Below are positions 1-8,728 of a DNA stretch of 32,000 nucleotides, piece by piece. How positions within the stretch are numbered: the first letter of the stretch is position 1; each line of letters begins with the position of its first letter. The notes below the pieces were generated by a model, which was not told the DNA's origin, did no database searches, and worked only from the letters and a program-made list of their open reading frames with translations. Location: NCBI RefSeq assembly GCF_002933855.1, contig NZ_BFAQ01000025.1, positions 24,009 to 56,008 of the forward strand, read 5' to 3'. Position numbers and translations under genes: made by a program. This DNA is from Vibrio penaeicida. GTDB lineage: Bacteria > Pseudomonadota > Gammaproteobacteria > Enterobacterales > Vibrionaceae.

Positions 1-40
1 CACACGCACTTACACCAATTTTAATTTCATTCGCTGCCAT
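1..40 (-). CDS. N-terminal fragment of a DUF523/DUF1722 (YbgA-like) protein, truncated by the window edge
   Basis: Minus-strand ATG at 40..38 preceded by GGGAGAAAAC; translates MAANEIKIGVSAC, resembling the N-terminal MKIGISACLLG-type motif of the DUF523 family. Confidence 0.5.
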   Translation of the reverse strand, partial: MAANEIKIGVSAC

Positions 41-271
41 AGTTTTCTCCCTAACCACTTTAGTTGGATGATTGAGTTGGTTGACTAGGTTGGATAGTTG
101 TTTTGTACAATTATTTTTCTTGTACAAGAATCTATAGCATTTCGATCACATCGATACAAAAAATAATTTTGTATCGTTTATTGCTTCGCTGTAAAACCGG
201 CCTAATGATTTCGGTTTAACTAATTGATATAAATAACGTAAATGGCATGAACATGATGTATTTATAACGTT

Positions 272-1915
272 TTAAATTTCTCTAAATTTTTTGTTCACTT
301 CTTGAATTTCAATGAAAGCTGCATAACGCTGACGGTGTATATTCACCACTTTTTCTGTCGCAGTGGAATATTGCTCGCCGAAGTGCGACATGGTTTTCAT
401 CGCTTCAAACACATCATTAAATACGCCAGCCGCAACCGCTGCCATAATGGCGCTGCCAAGCATCACAGGCTCACTTGCGATAGGCGCAACAACCGGAAGC
501 TCTGTTGCGTCGGCTAGAATTTGACGAATTAGTGGATCTTGCCCCGCACCACCACTTACGACTACCTGCTTCACTTGAATGCCCTCTGCCGACTGGGCAC
601 CAATGATCTGTTTCAACCCATAAGCTAAACCACATAGCCCCGCCACATACAATTTAACTAAGCTCTCGACTGAACTGTCCATATCAAGCCCTAATATCGC
701 CCCGCGAGCATCTGGATCGGCGTGAGGCGCTCTATTCCCAAGAAACTCCGGAAGAACATGCAGCCCTTTGGCTAAGAAAACGGCATCGCTGAGTGACGGG
801 CAAAGCGCTTTCGCCTGTGAAGATAAATATTGAACCGGCGTACAGTTTTGTATTTGCGCCATGGCTTTTAATTCTGGGAACGCAGGATGCGACTGAATCA
901 AATGATCCATAGCGGCACCTGCAGCTGACTGCCCAGCCTCATTCAGCCACATTCCGGGGATCATCGCAGAAAAATACGGCCCCCAAACACCTGATACCAA
1001 GGTTTTGGTTGTAGACGTGGTCATGGTGCAAGCCGATGTGCCAAAAACATACGCAAGGCTAGCCGTTGGATCTGAAATACCTTGCTCATTAACCGCACCG
1101 ACCGAGCCCATTCCACCAGCATGGGCATCAATTAACCCAGCAGCAACGGCAACCCCGACGGGTAACCCCAAGTGCGCGGCAGCATCTTGCGTTAAACCTT
1201 GTGCAAGCGAAGTACCCGGAGCGACAACAGTAGTTCCTATTTTGGCGAAATTGTCACTGGTTAGTTCACTTAGCCCGAATTGATTAAAGTACGTCTCGTC
1301 CCAGCGGTTTTCATGAGCTAGGTAAGTCCATTTGCATACCGTGGTGCATATGGAGCGCGAGAGCGACCCGCTAGACTTCCATGTCAGAAAGTCCGTCAGG
1401 TCAAAAAAGTGCTTTGCGTTTAAATACGTTTCTGGCAGATTTTCTTTTAGCCACAACAACTTTGGCGTTTCCATTTCTGGTGAAATTCGGTTGCCGACAT
1501 AGTCAAGAACCGAGTGCCCTTCTTCATTGATGCGCTTGGCTTGTGACGTGGCACGTTGATCCATCCAGACAATCACGTTTCTGTCTGCATGATTGTGAAC
1601 CCCGACGGGTAAAGGCTGATCGTAATCGCCAATAACAACCAAAGAACATGTCGCATCAAAAGAAATACCAACTACGTGATGTTTATCAATACCCGCCTCA
1701 TTCACCGCCGCGCGAACACAATCGCCAACGGCATCCCAAATTTGATCGGAAGATTGCTCGTATCTTGCGTTTTCATCGCTGAACATCAGCACATCGCACT
1801 TTGCCGTACTGAGCTCTTTGCCTTGGAGATCATACACACCAGCACGAGCACTTCCTGTTCCTACATCCACTCCAATGACGTATTTATCTGCAACTTGCAC
1901 TTTGCTTGCTCCCAT
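272..1915 (-). CDS. FGGY-family carbohydrate kinase (D-ribulokinase/ribulokinase-like)
   Basis: 547 aa ORF; YVIGVDVGTGSARAGVYDLQG phosphate-binding N-terminus and VVVSGGAGQDPLIRQILADATELPV C-terminal FGGY signature region. Confidence 0.9.
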   Translation of the reverse strand: MGASKVQVADKYVIGVDVGTGSARAGVYDLQGKELSTAKCDVLMFSDENARYEQSSDQIWDAVGDCVRAAVNEAGIDKHHVVGISFDATCSLVVIGDYDQPLPVGVHNHADRNVIVWMDQRATSQAKRINEEGHSVLDYVGNRISPEMETPKLLWLKENLPETYLNAKHFFDLTDFLTWKSSGSLSRSICTTVCKWTYLAHENRWDETYFNQFGLSELTSDNFAKIGTTVVAPGTSLAQGLTQDAAAHLGLPVGVAVAAGLIDAHAGGMGSVGAVNEQGISDPTASLAYVFGTSACTMTTSTTKTLVSGVWGPYFSAMIPGMWLNEAGQSAAGAAMDHLIQSHPAFPELKAMAQIQNCTPVQYLSSQAKALCPSLSDAVFLAKGLHVLPEFLGNRAPHADPDARGAILGLDMDSSVESLVKLYVAGLCGLAYGLKQIIGAQSAEGIQVKQVVVSGGAGQDPLIRQILADATELPVVAPIASEPVMLGSAIMAAVAAGVFNDVFEAMKTMSHFGEQYSTATEKVVNIHRQRYAAFIEIQEVNKKFREI

Positions 1916-1969
1916 TTATAGCACTCCGTTTTTCATTCCCCGTTTGTAACAAGCCACTTAAACTTCCGA

Positions 1970-2701
1970 TTAGAGCTCTACACTATTGGGTAGAATGACC
2001 AAATCCCGAACCGTTACGCCAGGTGACCGTGTCAGCATAAAGACAATGGAATCCGCTACTTCCTCGGCTTGCATTAAACTGCCGTTCGCCAATGCCTCTT
2101 CCATCTTGTCTTTTGGCCAATCATCCAAAAGGGCTGTTACAACCGGTCCTGGAGCCACCGCCCCCACACGTATCGAGTGGGGAATCAGTTGGCGTCGTAG
2201 CGAATGCACAAACGCCTGAATGGCATGTTTCGACGCGGTGTAAATAGGTTCGTAAACCACAGGAATAAACCCAGCGATCGAACTGGTCACAACAATATCA
2301 CCACATTTTTGCTCGATTAAATGCGGCAGCACCGCTTTTACCGATCGAAATACTGCGTTGATATTGAGATTCAACATGCGATCCCATTCATCTGGATCCC
2401 CTTCGGCGAAGATTCCCCCAACATACGAACCCGCATTGGCATGAAACCCATCGAGCTTTCCATTGGTCAGCGCTAGAATGCCTTCAAGCATGCCCGAAAC
2501 TTGACGCGGTTCCATCAGATCCACCTCCAATGGCAGAGCCAACGTACCCAAATCTTCGCAGGCTTTTTCTAAACCATCTTTGCTTCTATCAATCAGAACA
2601 ACGGTTGCCCCTTCATCAATCAATGCTTTTGCGCAGGCTAATCCAATCCCAGACGCCGCGCCCGTTATCGCGTAAGCCTTTCCTTCAATGTTCATTTTCA
2701 T
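1970..2701 (-). CDS. Short-chain dehydrogenase/reductase (SDR)
   Basis: TGAASGIG cofactor motif and YTASKHA catalytic YxxxK motif. Confidence 0.93.
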   Translation of the reverse strand: MKMNIEGKAYAITGAASGIGLACAKALIDEGATVVLIDRSKDGLEKACEDLGTLALPLEVDLMEPRQVSGMLEGILALTNGKLDGFHANAGSYVGGIFAEGDPDEWDRMLNLNINAVFRSVKAVLPHLIEQKCGDIVVTSSIAGFIPVVYEPIYTASKHAIQAFVHSLRRQLIPHSIRVGAVAPGPVVTALLDDWPKDKMEEALANGSLMQAEEVADSIVFMLTRSPGVTVRDLVILPNSVEL

Positions 2702-2756
2702 GGGTTCTGTTCCTTATTCATCGTTACCGGTTTTCATGAATACCAGTTTGGGGGCA

Positions 2757-4016
2757 TTACGCTTTACCGTGAGAAACACGGCTTCGGCGGGCAAGGCTAT
2801 CGATAATCACAGCGACTGCGAGAACAGCTCCGGTGATCATGTACCGATGCGCCGATGAGAGATTGAGCAACGTTAAGCCGCTCGCGATGGACTGAATGAC
2901 GATAATGCCAAGCAGCGCCGACCACGCCGAACCACGGCCACCAAAGAGGCTGGTTCCACCAATCACAGCCGCAGCAATGGCATTGAGATTCACATCGCCC
3001 GTTCCTGCCTGTTGGCTTGAAGAGGCCAAACGCGCTGCCGCCAGTACACCCCCTAACGTTGCCAACGTAGAGCACGTTACAAAAGCGCTAATGTAGATAG
3101 CTTTTACGTTGATACCCGCACGGCGAGCTGCTTCTGCGTTTCCGCCAACCGCCAGCATGTATCGTCCCCATTTGGTGCGAGTTAGCGCGTAGTTAAGTGC
3201 GACCACGAGAAAAATAAACAAACCAAACATCCATGGAATGCCGCGCCCCTGATTTAAATAGGCACTCACTGCGAGTAACAACACCGTGACTATCAACGCT
3301 TTCACCCAAATGAACTTGGCACTTTTGGCTGAAAGGTTTACCGACTTGCGTTTGCGTCTAAGCGTCCATTCAGAAAAAGCAATAACGCCACCAGCGAATA
3401 CAGACAGTGAGTAGGAAACCCAATCTGGCATCACCATCAATTGCCCAAAATTCACCATTGAAGAACCGTAAGGCAAATTGATAGAACCGGTAGAACCCAG
3501 TAAATACAATTGCAAACCAAGCAACGCGAGCAATCCTGCAAGGGTTGAAACAAAACTCGGCATACCGAAACTGTTTCTTAAAGATGCGTATGCAAAGCCC
3601 ACCATGGCACCAAAACATAGGCTTATTCCGATCGCGATGCCCAAAGGCACACCTTGGTTTACCCAAAGCACACCCAAAATCGCTGATCCGACACCACTCA
3701 TGGAGCCAACGGATAAATCAATTTCGCCAAGCATCAAAACGCAAACAATACCAAGGGCGATAATCCCGACAGTCGAACTATCGAAAAGCAGGTTGACGAG
3801 GTTATTGGGCGATAAAAATATCGGATTAATGTAGGTAAAGATCCCCCAAATAAGGATTAACCCCACCACCACGGGTAACGAGCCTAAATCCCCGGATTTT
3901 ATCTGGTCGATGAATTTGCGAATGTATCCACCCAAACCAGCCGCATGAGTAACGCGGGTATCGCTTCTATCCAACAAATGGTTTGGGTTCGGCGTAACAT
4001 TAGAGGAATGATTCAT
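2757..4016 (-). CDS. Sugar ABC transporter permease (RbsC/XylH/AraH family)
   Basis: Multi-TM protein containing LGEIDLSVG and AAVIGGTSLFGGRGS motifs typical of this family. Confidence 0.92.
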   Translation of the reverse strand: MNHSSNVTPNPNHLLDRSDTRVTHAAGLGGYIRKFIDQIKSGDLGSLPVVVGLILIWGIFTYINPIFLSPNNLVNLLFDSSTVGIIALGIVCVLMLGEIDLSVGSMSGVGSAILGVLWVNQGVPLGIAIGISLCFGAMVGFAYASLRNSFGMPSFVSTLAGLLALLGLQLYLLGSTGSINLPYGSSMVNFGQLMVMPDWVSYSLSVFAGGVIAFSEWTLRRKRKSVNLSAKSAKFIWVKALIVTVLLLAVSAYLNQGRGIPWMFGLFIFLVVALNYALTRTKWGRYMLAVGGNAEAARRAGINVKAIYISAFVTCSTLATLGGVLAAARLASSSQQAGTGDVNLNAIAAAVIGGTSLFGGRGSAWSALLGIIVIQSIASGLTLLNLSSAHRYMITGAVLAVAVIIDSLARRSRVSHGKA

Positions 4017-4891
4017 GCCTTTTCCTCCACCGCGGTTGACGCGTTATCCATTCGGTTCGCACGCTCCATCGCTGCATTATCAGTGGCACCCGTTATTGCT
4101 CCTATCAACTCTTCGTTGGAAGCGTCCGCTCTAAATATCCCATTGTTTTTTCCTAACCGTAGCACCACAACTCTATCGGCTACGGCACGTACATCCTGCA
4201 TGTTGTGGGAAATCATGATTACTCCTAACCCTTTGGCTTTTATGCGCTCGACCAAATTCAAAACCTCTGCCGTTTGCGCCACTCCCAATGCCGCTGTGGG
4301 CTCATCCAACATCACAATTTTAGGGTCGAGAAGTAACGAACGAGCAATCGCCACGGTTTGGCGCTGTCCGCCAGACAGAGACGCAACCACATCTCTCACA
4401 CTGGGTATTCGAGCGGCTAATTCATTGAGCAGTTGCCAAGACCTGACTTCCATTTCCGTTTCATCTAGATTCAGGCTGTTCTTCTCTTGTCCCAAAAATA
4501 TATTGGCGACAACATCGAGGTTTTCACACAAGGCTAAATCTTGGAAAACAGTTGCAATCCCAAGCTCTAGCGCATCGCTTGGTTTTTTGAATTCCACCTC
4601 TTTCCCTTCAAACGCAATCGCCCCTGAACTTAATGCATGCGCACCAGCAAGGATCTTAATCAGGGTCGATTTTCCCGCCCCGTTATCCCCAACCAGCGCC
4701 ACCACTTCACCAGGGTAAACATCAAGGTCGATGTTGGTTAGTGCGGCGACCGCACCAAAATTCTTGGACACATTGCGTAGGCTTAAAATAGGCTGAATGC
4801 CTTCTTTGGAATCCAATTCTGTTTGGTTTGATTGCTTTTGGGCTTGTTCTTGAGATGAACCATCCGACGCCATAAAACTCACTCCAGTCAA
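4013..4891 (-). CDS. Sugar ABC transporter ATP-binding protein (single NBD)
   Basis: Walker A GDNGAGKSTL, signature LSGGQRQ, Walker B IVMLDEPTAALG; 4-nt ATGA-type overlap with the permease. Confidence 0.93.
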   Translation of the reverse strand: MTGVSFMASDGSSQEQAQKQSNQTELDSKEGIQPILSLRNVSKNFGAVAALTNIDLDVYPGEVVALVGDNGAGKSTLIKILAGAHALSSGAIAFEGKEVEFKKPSDALELGIATVFQDLALCENLDVVANIFLGQEKNSLNLDETEMEVRSWQLLNELAARIPSVRDVVASLSGGQRQTVAIARSLLLDPKIVMLDEPTAALGVAQTAEVLNLVERIKAKGLGVIMISHNMQDVRAVADRVVVLRLGKNNGIFRADASNEELIGAITGATDNAAMERANRMDNASTAVEEKA

Positions 4892-5041
4892 AGCGTTTTT
4901 TATTCAACACTTTTCGTTTAACGCTGTTCGTTTATCGCTTTCCACCTATACGCAGATTCTTATCTTGAGCATTGGGCAGTAAAGCGCTCGCCATTTACGC
5001 TTTGAGTTCAGACCTTAAAACATAATGAAAAGCCTGATAAA

Positions 5042-5074
5042 GAGTGCCACCTCACCAAAAGACCGGTGGCACTC
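5042..5074 (-). terminator. Intercistronic hairpin between the substrate-binding protein and ATPase genes
   Basis: Perfect 10-bp inverted repeat GAGTGCCACC (5042..5051)/GGTGGCACTC (5065..5074), 13-nt loop; poor T-tract, so attenuator or mRNA-stabilising hairpin is more likely than full termination. Confidence 0.55.
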
Positions 5075-5115
5075 ATGTTCAAACTGGTTAAAAAGGCCAG
5101 TTTGAGGACAAAGCG

Positions 5116-6201
5116 TTACTTAATTCCCAGTTCTTTACAGCCCGCTAGGTAGCGACCAGTACAAACGTCATCAGCAGAGGCAATACCCGAATCAAAAATG
5201 ATCTTTTTGATGTTGCCGCGTGTGACCACTTCAGGGACAAATAACTCAGATGGCGTGTTGTAGAGTGTTGTTTTGGCTTTCGGTGTTTCGCCGTTCAACA
5301 TGGATACCGCGACTTTTGCTGCCGCTGCCGCCACAATTTCAGAAGGCTTGGAAATGGTGTTGTATTGATCGCCAGAAATGATCAATTGAAGGGCCGCCAA
5401 CGTGGCATCGTTCCCCGTTACAGGCGGCACAGGATCAACTCCCGCTGCTTTAAACGCCGCTATCGCACCGCCGCCAGTGCCGTCATTCGCCGCGACAACG
5501 CCAATGATCTTCGAACCAAAACGGTTAATTTGGCCACTTGCCCAAGACTGCGCTTTTGGTGGTGCCCAATTTGGTGTCGCGTATTCCGCTAGCGTGCCGT
5601 ATTCACTGCCGTCTAGCCCTTGATCGATCCCATCTCGGATAAGACCCGCTGCAGCATCCGTCGGTGAGCCATTAATTTGCAATATGCCGCCTGAATCTTT
5701 CGACACTTTATTGATTCGTAAATGCTCAACCAAGCTATCGGCAATGGCTTTACCTATGCCTTGATTATCGAACGAAACATAGTAGTCCGCGGCTCTATCT
5801 GGGATTGGTCTATCATACGCAATGACCTTTATCCCTTGGCTTTGCGCCAACCCAACTAATGATGCAGCGGCGCTTGAGTCCACCGGATCCAATACGATCA
5901 CTTTTGCACCTTGGGTAATCACGGAATTGAACTGCTGTTGTTGCAACGCAACATCCGCATTCGCATTTTGGTAGATCACTTTACAATCCGAGCAGAGTTC
6001 ACTCATCGCCGCCTTAAAGCCGGGGTAATCATGTTCTTCATAGCGAGTTGAGGCTTGGTCGGGCATAAGAAATGCGACCAGAGGGGCAGCAATACTTTGC
6101 GCAGACACCGCGCTCAAAGAGACAAGCAACGCAGCAGAAACACTCAGTTTGCTTGCCGATTTCAGCTTGCTCGCTAACAGTTTCGTGGCTAAGGATTTCA
6201 T
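5116..6201 (-). CDS. Periplasmic sugar-binding protein of an ABC transporter
   Basis: N-terminal signal-like segment followed by VAFLMPDQASTRYEEHDYPGFKAAM and DPVDSSAAASLVGLAQSQGIKVIAYDRPI, typical of the RbsB/XylF class. Confidence 0.9.
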   Translation of the reverse strand: MKSLATKLLASKLKSASKLSVSAALLVSLSAVSAQSIAAPLVAFLMPDQASTRYEEHDYPGFKAAMSELCSDCKVIYQNANADVALQQQQFNSVITQGAKVIVLDPVDSSAAASLVGLAQSQGIKVIAYDRPIPDRAADYYVSFDNQGIGKAIADSLVEHLRINKVSKDSGGILQINGSPTDAAAGLIRDGIDQGLDGSEYGTLAEYATPNWAPPKAQSWASGQINRFGSKIIGVVAANDGTGGGAIAAFKAAGVDPVPPVTGNDATLAALQLIISGDQYNTISKPSEIVAAAAAKVAVSMLNGETPKAKTTLYNTPSELFVPEVVTRGNIKKIIFDSGIASADDVCTGRYLAGCKELGIK

Positions 6202-6320
6202 AGTTAATACTCCATTTAAGATATGTCAGGTACAGCAGTACCCTCAGCAGCCGTCCGACAGCCGCTGTTCCTTTATCCCTCCACCGTATTGCTTTTAAAA
6301 CTTGGGTATACTAAAGTGCA

Positions 6321-6355
6321 AAAGTCTTCTGTTTGCTGCAACAAACAAAGACTTT
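6321..6355. promoter_or_regulatory. Bulged hairpin/inverted repeat between the SBP start and the LacI-family gene
   Basis: AAAGTCTTCTGTTTG (6321..6335), CTGCAA loop, CAAACAAAGACTTT (6342..6355); 14 bp pair with one bulged C. Confidence 0.5.
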
Positions 6356-6536
6356 AGAACTGTCCTAAGTTCTAACAACCAGCGAAAGTGTAGGGTCGAT
6401 TTTCTTTGGTAAAGTCTATTTCCATGTAAGTTTGTTCTACATTTTCGTTCCTTCTTTCTGCTTTTATCCGATAGTTACTACTCAAGTTACATTGCCGAGA
6501 TTCGCTAGAAATACTGCTGTATTAAGTTTTATCCGC

Positions 6537-7568
6537 TCATTTTTCTATCGCAAAATTCAAAACCGATGCTCGCTCGATCAATTCCGCTTCTAATACCGTC
6601 GAAAGTTTCACATTCTGTTCTGCATCTCCGTTGATTCTCAACATCAACCTGTCCCATGCGTGTTTGGCTATTGCTTCAACAGGTTGGCGCACCGCCGTTA
6701 AGCTAACGCTTCTTGCCGACATCCAGGCATAATCATCAAATACCAATAGCGAAATATCCTCTCCTACCTTGATGTTGCGTTCTGCTAAAGCAGTAAGCGT
6801 ACTGAGCGTAGTAACGTTAGTAAGAGAAAAAATGGCAGTTGGGTGGGGGTTTGCGTCTAACCATTCCCCAACTTTTACTGCTCCGGCATCAAGGTCGGCG
6901 CCAATTTCAATTACATCATGAGTCGCGCTATTTGTATTTTCTAGCAGAGCCCTAACAGCTTGTTTTCCACCTTCAACACGTTCATTTATTGGAGGAAAAG
7001 ACAGATCGGATGCGATGGTCAGAATATTCTTGTGCCCTGCCTCACGTAAGTAACGACACGCCATTTCACCAGAATCTCGATTATTTATGGTGATGGAATC
7101 GAGTGCCGATTCATCTACTGCGACACGGTCTACCAGCACTACGGGGCAAGCATCGGCTTTATCGATCAATATTTGTGGAAGGTTTCCCGAGCATGGGACG
7201 ACGATCATACCTGCAGGGTGCCAGCTCAATAATGTCCGAATGCGCGATTGTTCAATATCCGTTTGGTCGTGAGCACTCGCCACAATCACGTCGTAACCTT
7301 GCTCGTAAGCGAAACTTTCCAATAAGGTTACTATGGTGGCAAAAAATGTATCGGTAATATTAGGAACCAGTACAGTAACCACTTTGTTGTGTTGGGAGCG
7401 TAACTGAGATGCCACTCGGTTTACTTGATACCCAAGCGACTCCGCAGCGTTTTGAACACGCTCTTTAAGATCCGTATTAACGGGTTTCTTTCCGGAAAAC
7501 ACATTAGAGACCGTCGCCGTAGAGACTCCCGCCAGATTTGCCACTTCTCGAATTGAAGGTTTCTTCAT
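6537..7568 (-). CDS. LacI-family transcriptional regulator
   Basis: N-terminal HTH PSIREVANLAGVSTATVSNVFSGKKPV and a periplasmic-binding-like sensor domain. Confidence 0.93.
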   Translation of the reverse strand: MKKPSIREVANLAGVSTATVSNVFSGKKPVNTDLKERVQNAAESLGYQVNRVASQLRSQHNKVVTVLVPNITDTFFATIVTLLESFAYEQGYDVIVASAHDQTDIEQSRIRTLLSWHPAGMIVVPCSGNLPQILIDKADACPVVLVDRVAVDESALDSITINNRDSGEMACRYLREAGHKNILTIASDLSFPPINERVEGGKQAVRALLENTNSATHDVIEIGADLDAGAVKVGEWLDANPHPTAIFSLTNVTTLSTLTALAERNIKVGEDISLLVFDDYAWMSARSVSLTAVRQPVEAIAKHAWDRLMLRINGDAEQNVKLSTVLEAELIERASVLNFAIEK

Positions 7569-7845
7569 GCAACCAAAGCCCTTATCTACTAACTGAAGCC
7601 TTTATTTACCTACTGTAAAACGTTTAACTCAAATTACGTTACTTAATAAGTGGTCAATAATCAAGCGTGTTGTTGATAATTTGTTCAATAAGGATTAAAG
7701 GATTGTTAAAAGAGGCATAACACACTCAAGTATCGAGCTTAAAAGAAAGAAAACACTTGCTCTGTCCACCAGCAAATCGATTGCATTCCCGTTTTCAACA
7801 GATTTCGTTATCAACATTCCATTTTCGCAAAAAATTAGAATTTTT

Positions 7846-7861
7846 TGTGACAAAGATCTCA
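7846..7861. promoter_or_regulatory. Candidate CRP site upstream of deoD
   Basis: TGTGACAAAGATCTCA matches TGTGA-N6-TCACA with one mismatch. Confidence 0.35.
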
Positions 7862-7982
7862 AGGGATGACCGTTCACAGGGCTAGTATTGCTGTCAAGAA
7901 GTAACCCCTGTTCAACAGATTTGGTAATTGTCGTCGCATTATTTCCTGCGAATTATCAAAACTCACTTTGGAGAGTATCACT

Positions 7983-8693
7983 ATGGCAACCCCACACATT
8001 AACGCACAAGCAGGCGATTTCGCAGAAACGGTTCTAATGCCAGGCGACCCGTTGCGCGCTAAGTACATTGCAGAAAACTTCCTAGAAGATGCAAGGCAAG
8101 TTTGTGATGTAAGAAACATGTTTGGTTTTACAGGTACTTATAAAGGTAAAAAAGTATCGGTAATGGGTCATGGAATGGGTATTCCTTCTGCTTGTATCTA
8201 CACCCACGAGTTGATTTCTGAATACGGTGTTAAAAATATTATCCGCATCGGTAGCTGTGGTGCTGTAAAAGATGATGTGAATCTAATGGACGTGGTTATC
8301 GGTATGGGTGCTTCTACCGACTCGAAAGTAAACCGCATTCGTTTTGCAAACCACGACTTTGCAGCCGTAGCTGACTACGGGCTATTGGAAGAAGCAGTTA
8401 AACAAGCGCGTGCGAACAATGTTCCAGTAAAAGTGGGGAACGTATTTTCTGCCGACCTTTTCTACACACCAGAAGCCGATATTTTCGAAAAAATGGAAAA
8501 GCTAGGCATCTTAGGTGTGGATATGGAAGCGGCGGGAATTTATGGTGTCGCGGCGGAGCTTGGTGCTAAAGCGCTAACTATTTTAACCGTATCAGACCAC
8601 ATCATTCGCGGTGAGAAGCTTTCAGCAGAAGATCGTCAGAAGTCGTTCAACGATATGATGACCGTTGCGCTAGAAACCGCAATTAACCTGTAA
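7983..8693 (+). CDS. deoD: Purine nucleoside phosphorylase DeoD-type
   Basis: [48 protein letters not shown] and [11 protein letters not shown] motifs; start chosen at 7983, not 7968 as in the ORF track. Confidence 0.97.
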   Translation: MATPHINAQAGDFAETVLMPGDPLRAKYIAENFLEDARQVCDVRNMFGFTGTYKGKKVSVMGHGMGIPSACIYTHELISEYGVKNIIRIGSCGAVKDDVNLMDVVIGMGASTDSKVNRIRFANHDFAAVADYGLLEEAVKQARANNVPVKVGNVFSADLFYTPEADIFEKMEKLGILGVDMEAAGIYGVAAELGAKALTILTVSDHIIRGEKLSAEDRQKSFNDMMTVALETAINL

Positions 8694-8728
8694 TTTTTTA
8701 CGACCAGTTTATTCCCGAGGGGGCGATC

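Noticed and set aside
185-225. AAACCG...CGGTTT as a strong terminator for the kinase operon
   Set aside because: Only 6-bp arms with a long loop and no clear T-tract; too weak to report as a feature.
1005-1283. Plus-strand ORF inside the FGGY kinase gene
   Set aside because: Fully antisense to a strongly supported CDS, with low-complexity composition and no motif; the same applies to 302..517, 1676..1921, 3478..3834, 3945..4718 and similar shadow ORFs.
7695-7877. 60-aa minus-strand ORF upstream of the LacI-family gene
   Set aside because: Short, in an AT-rich regulatory gap, with no recognisable domain or convincing ribosome-binding site.
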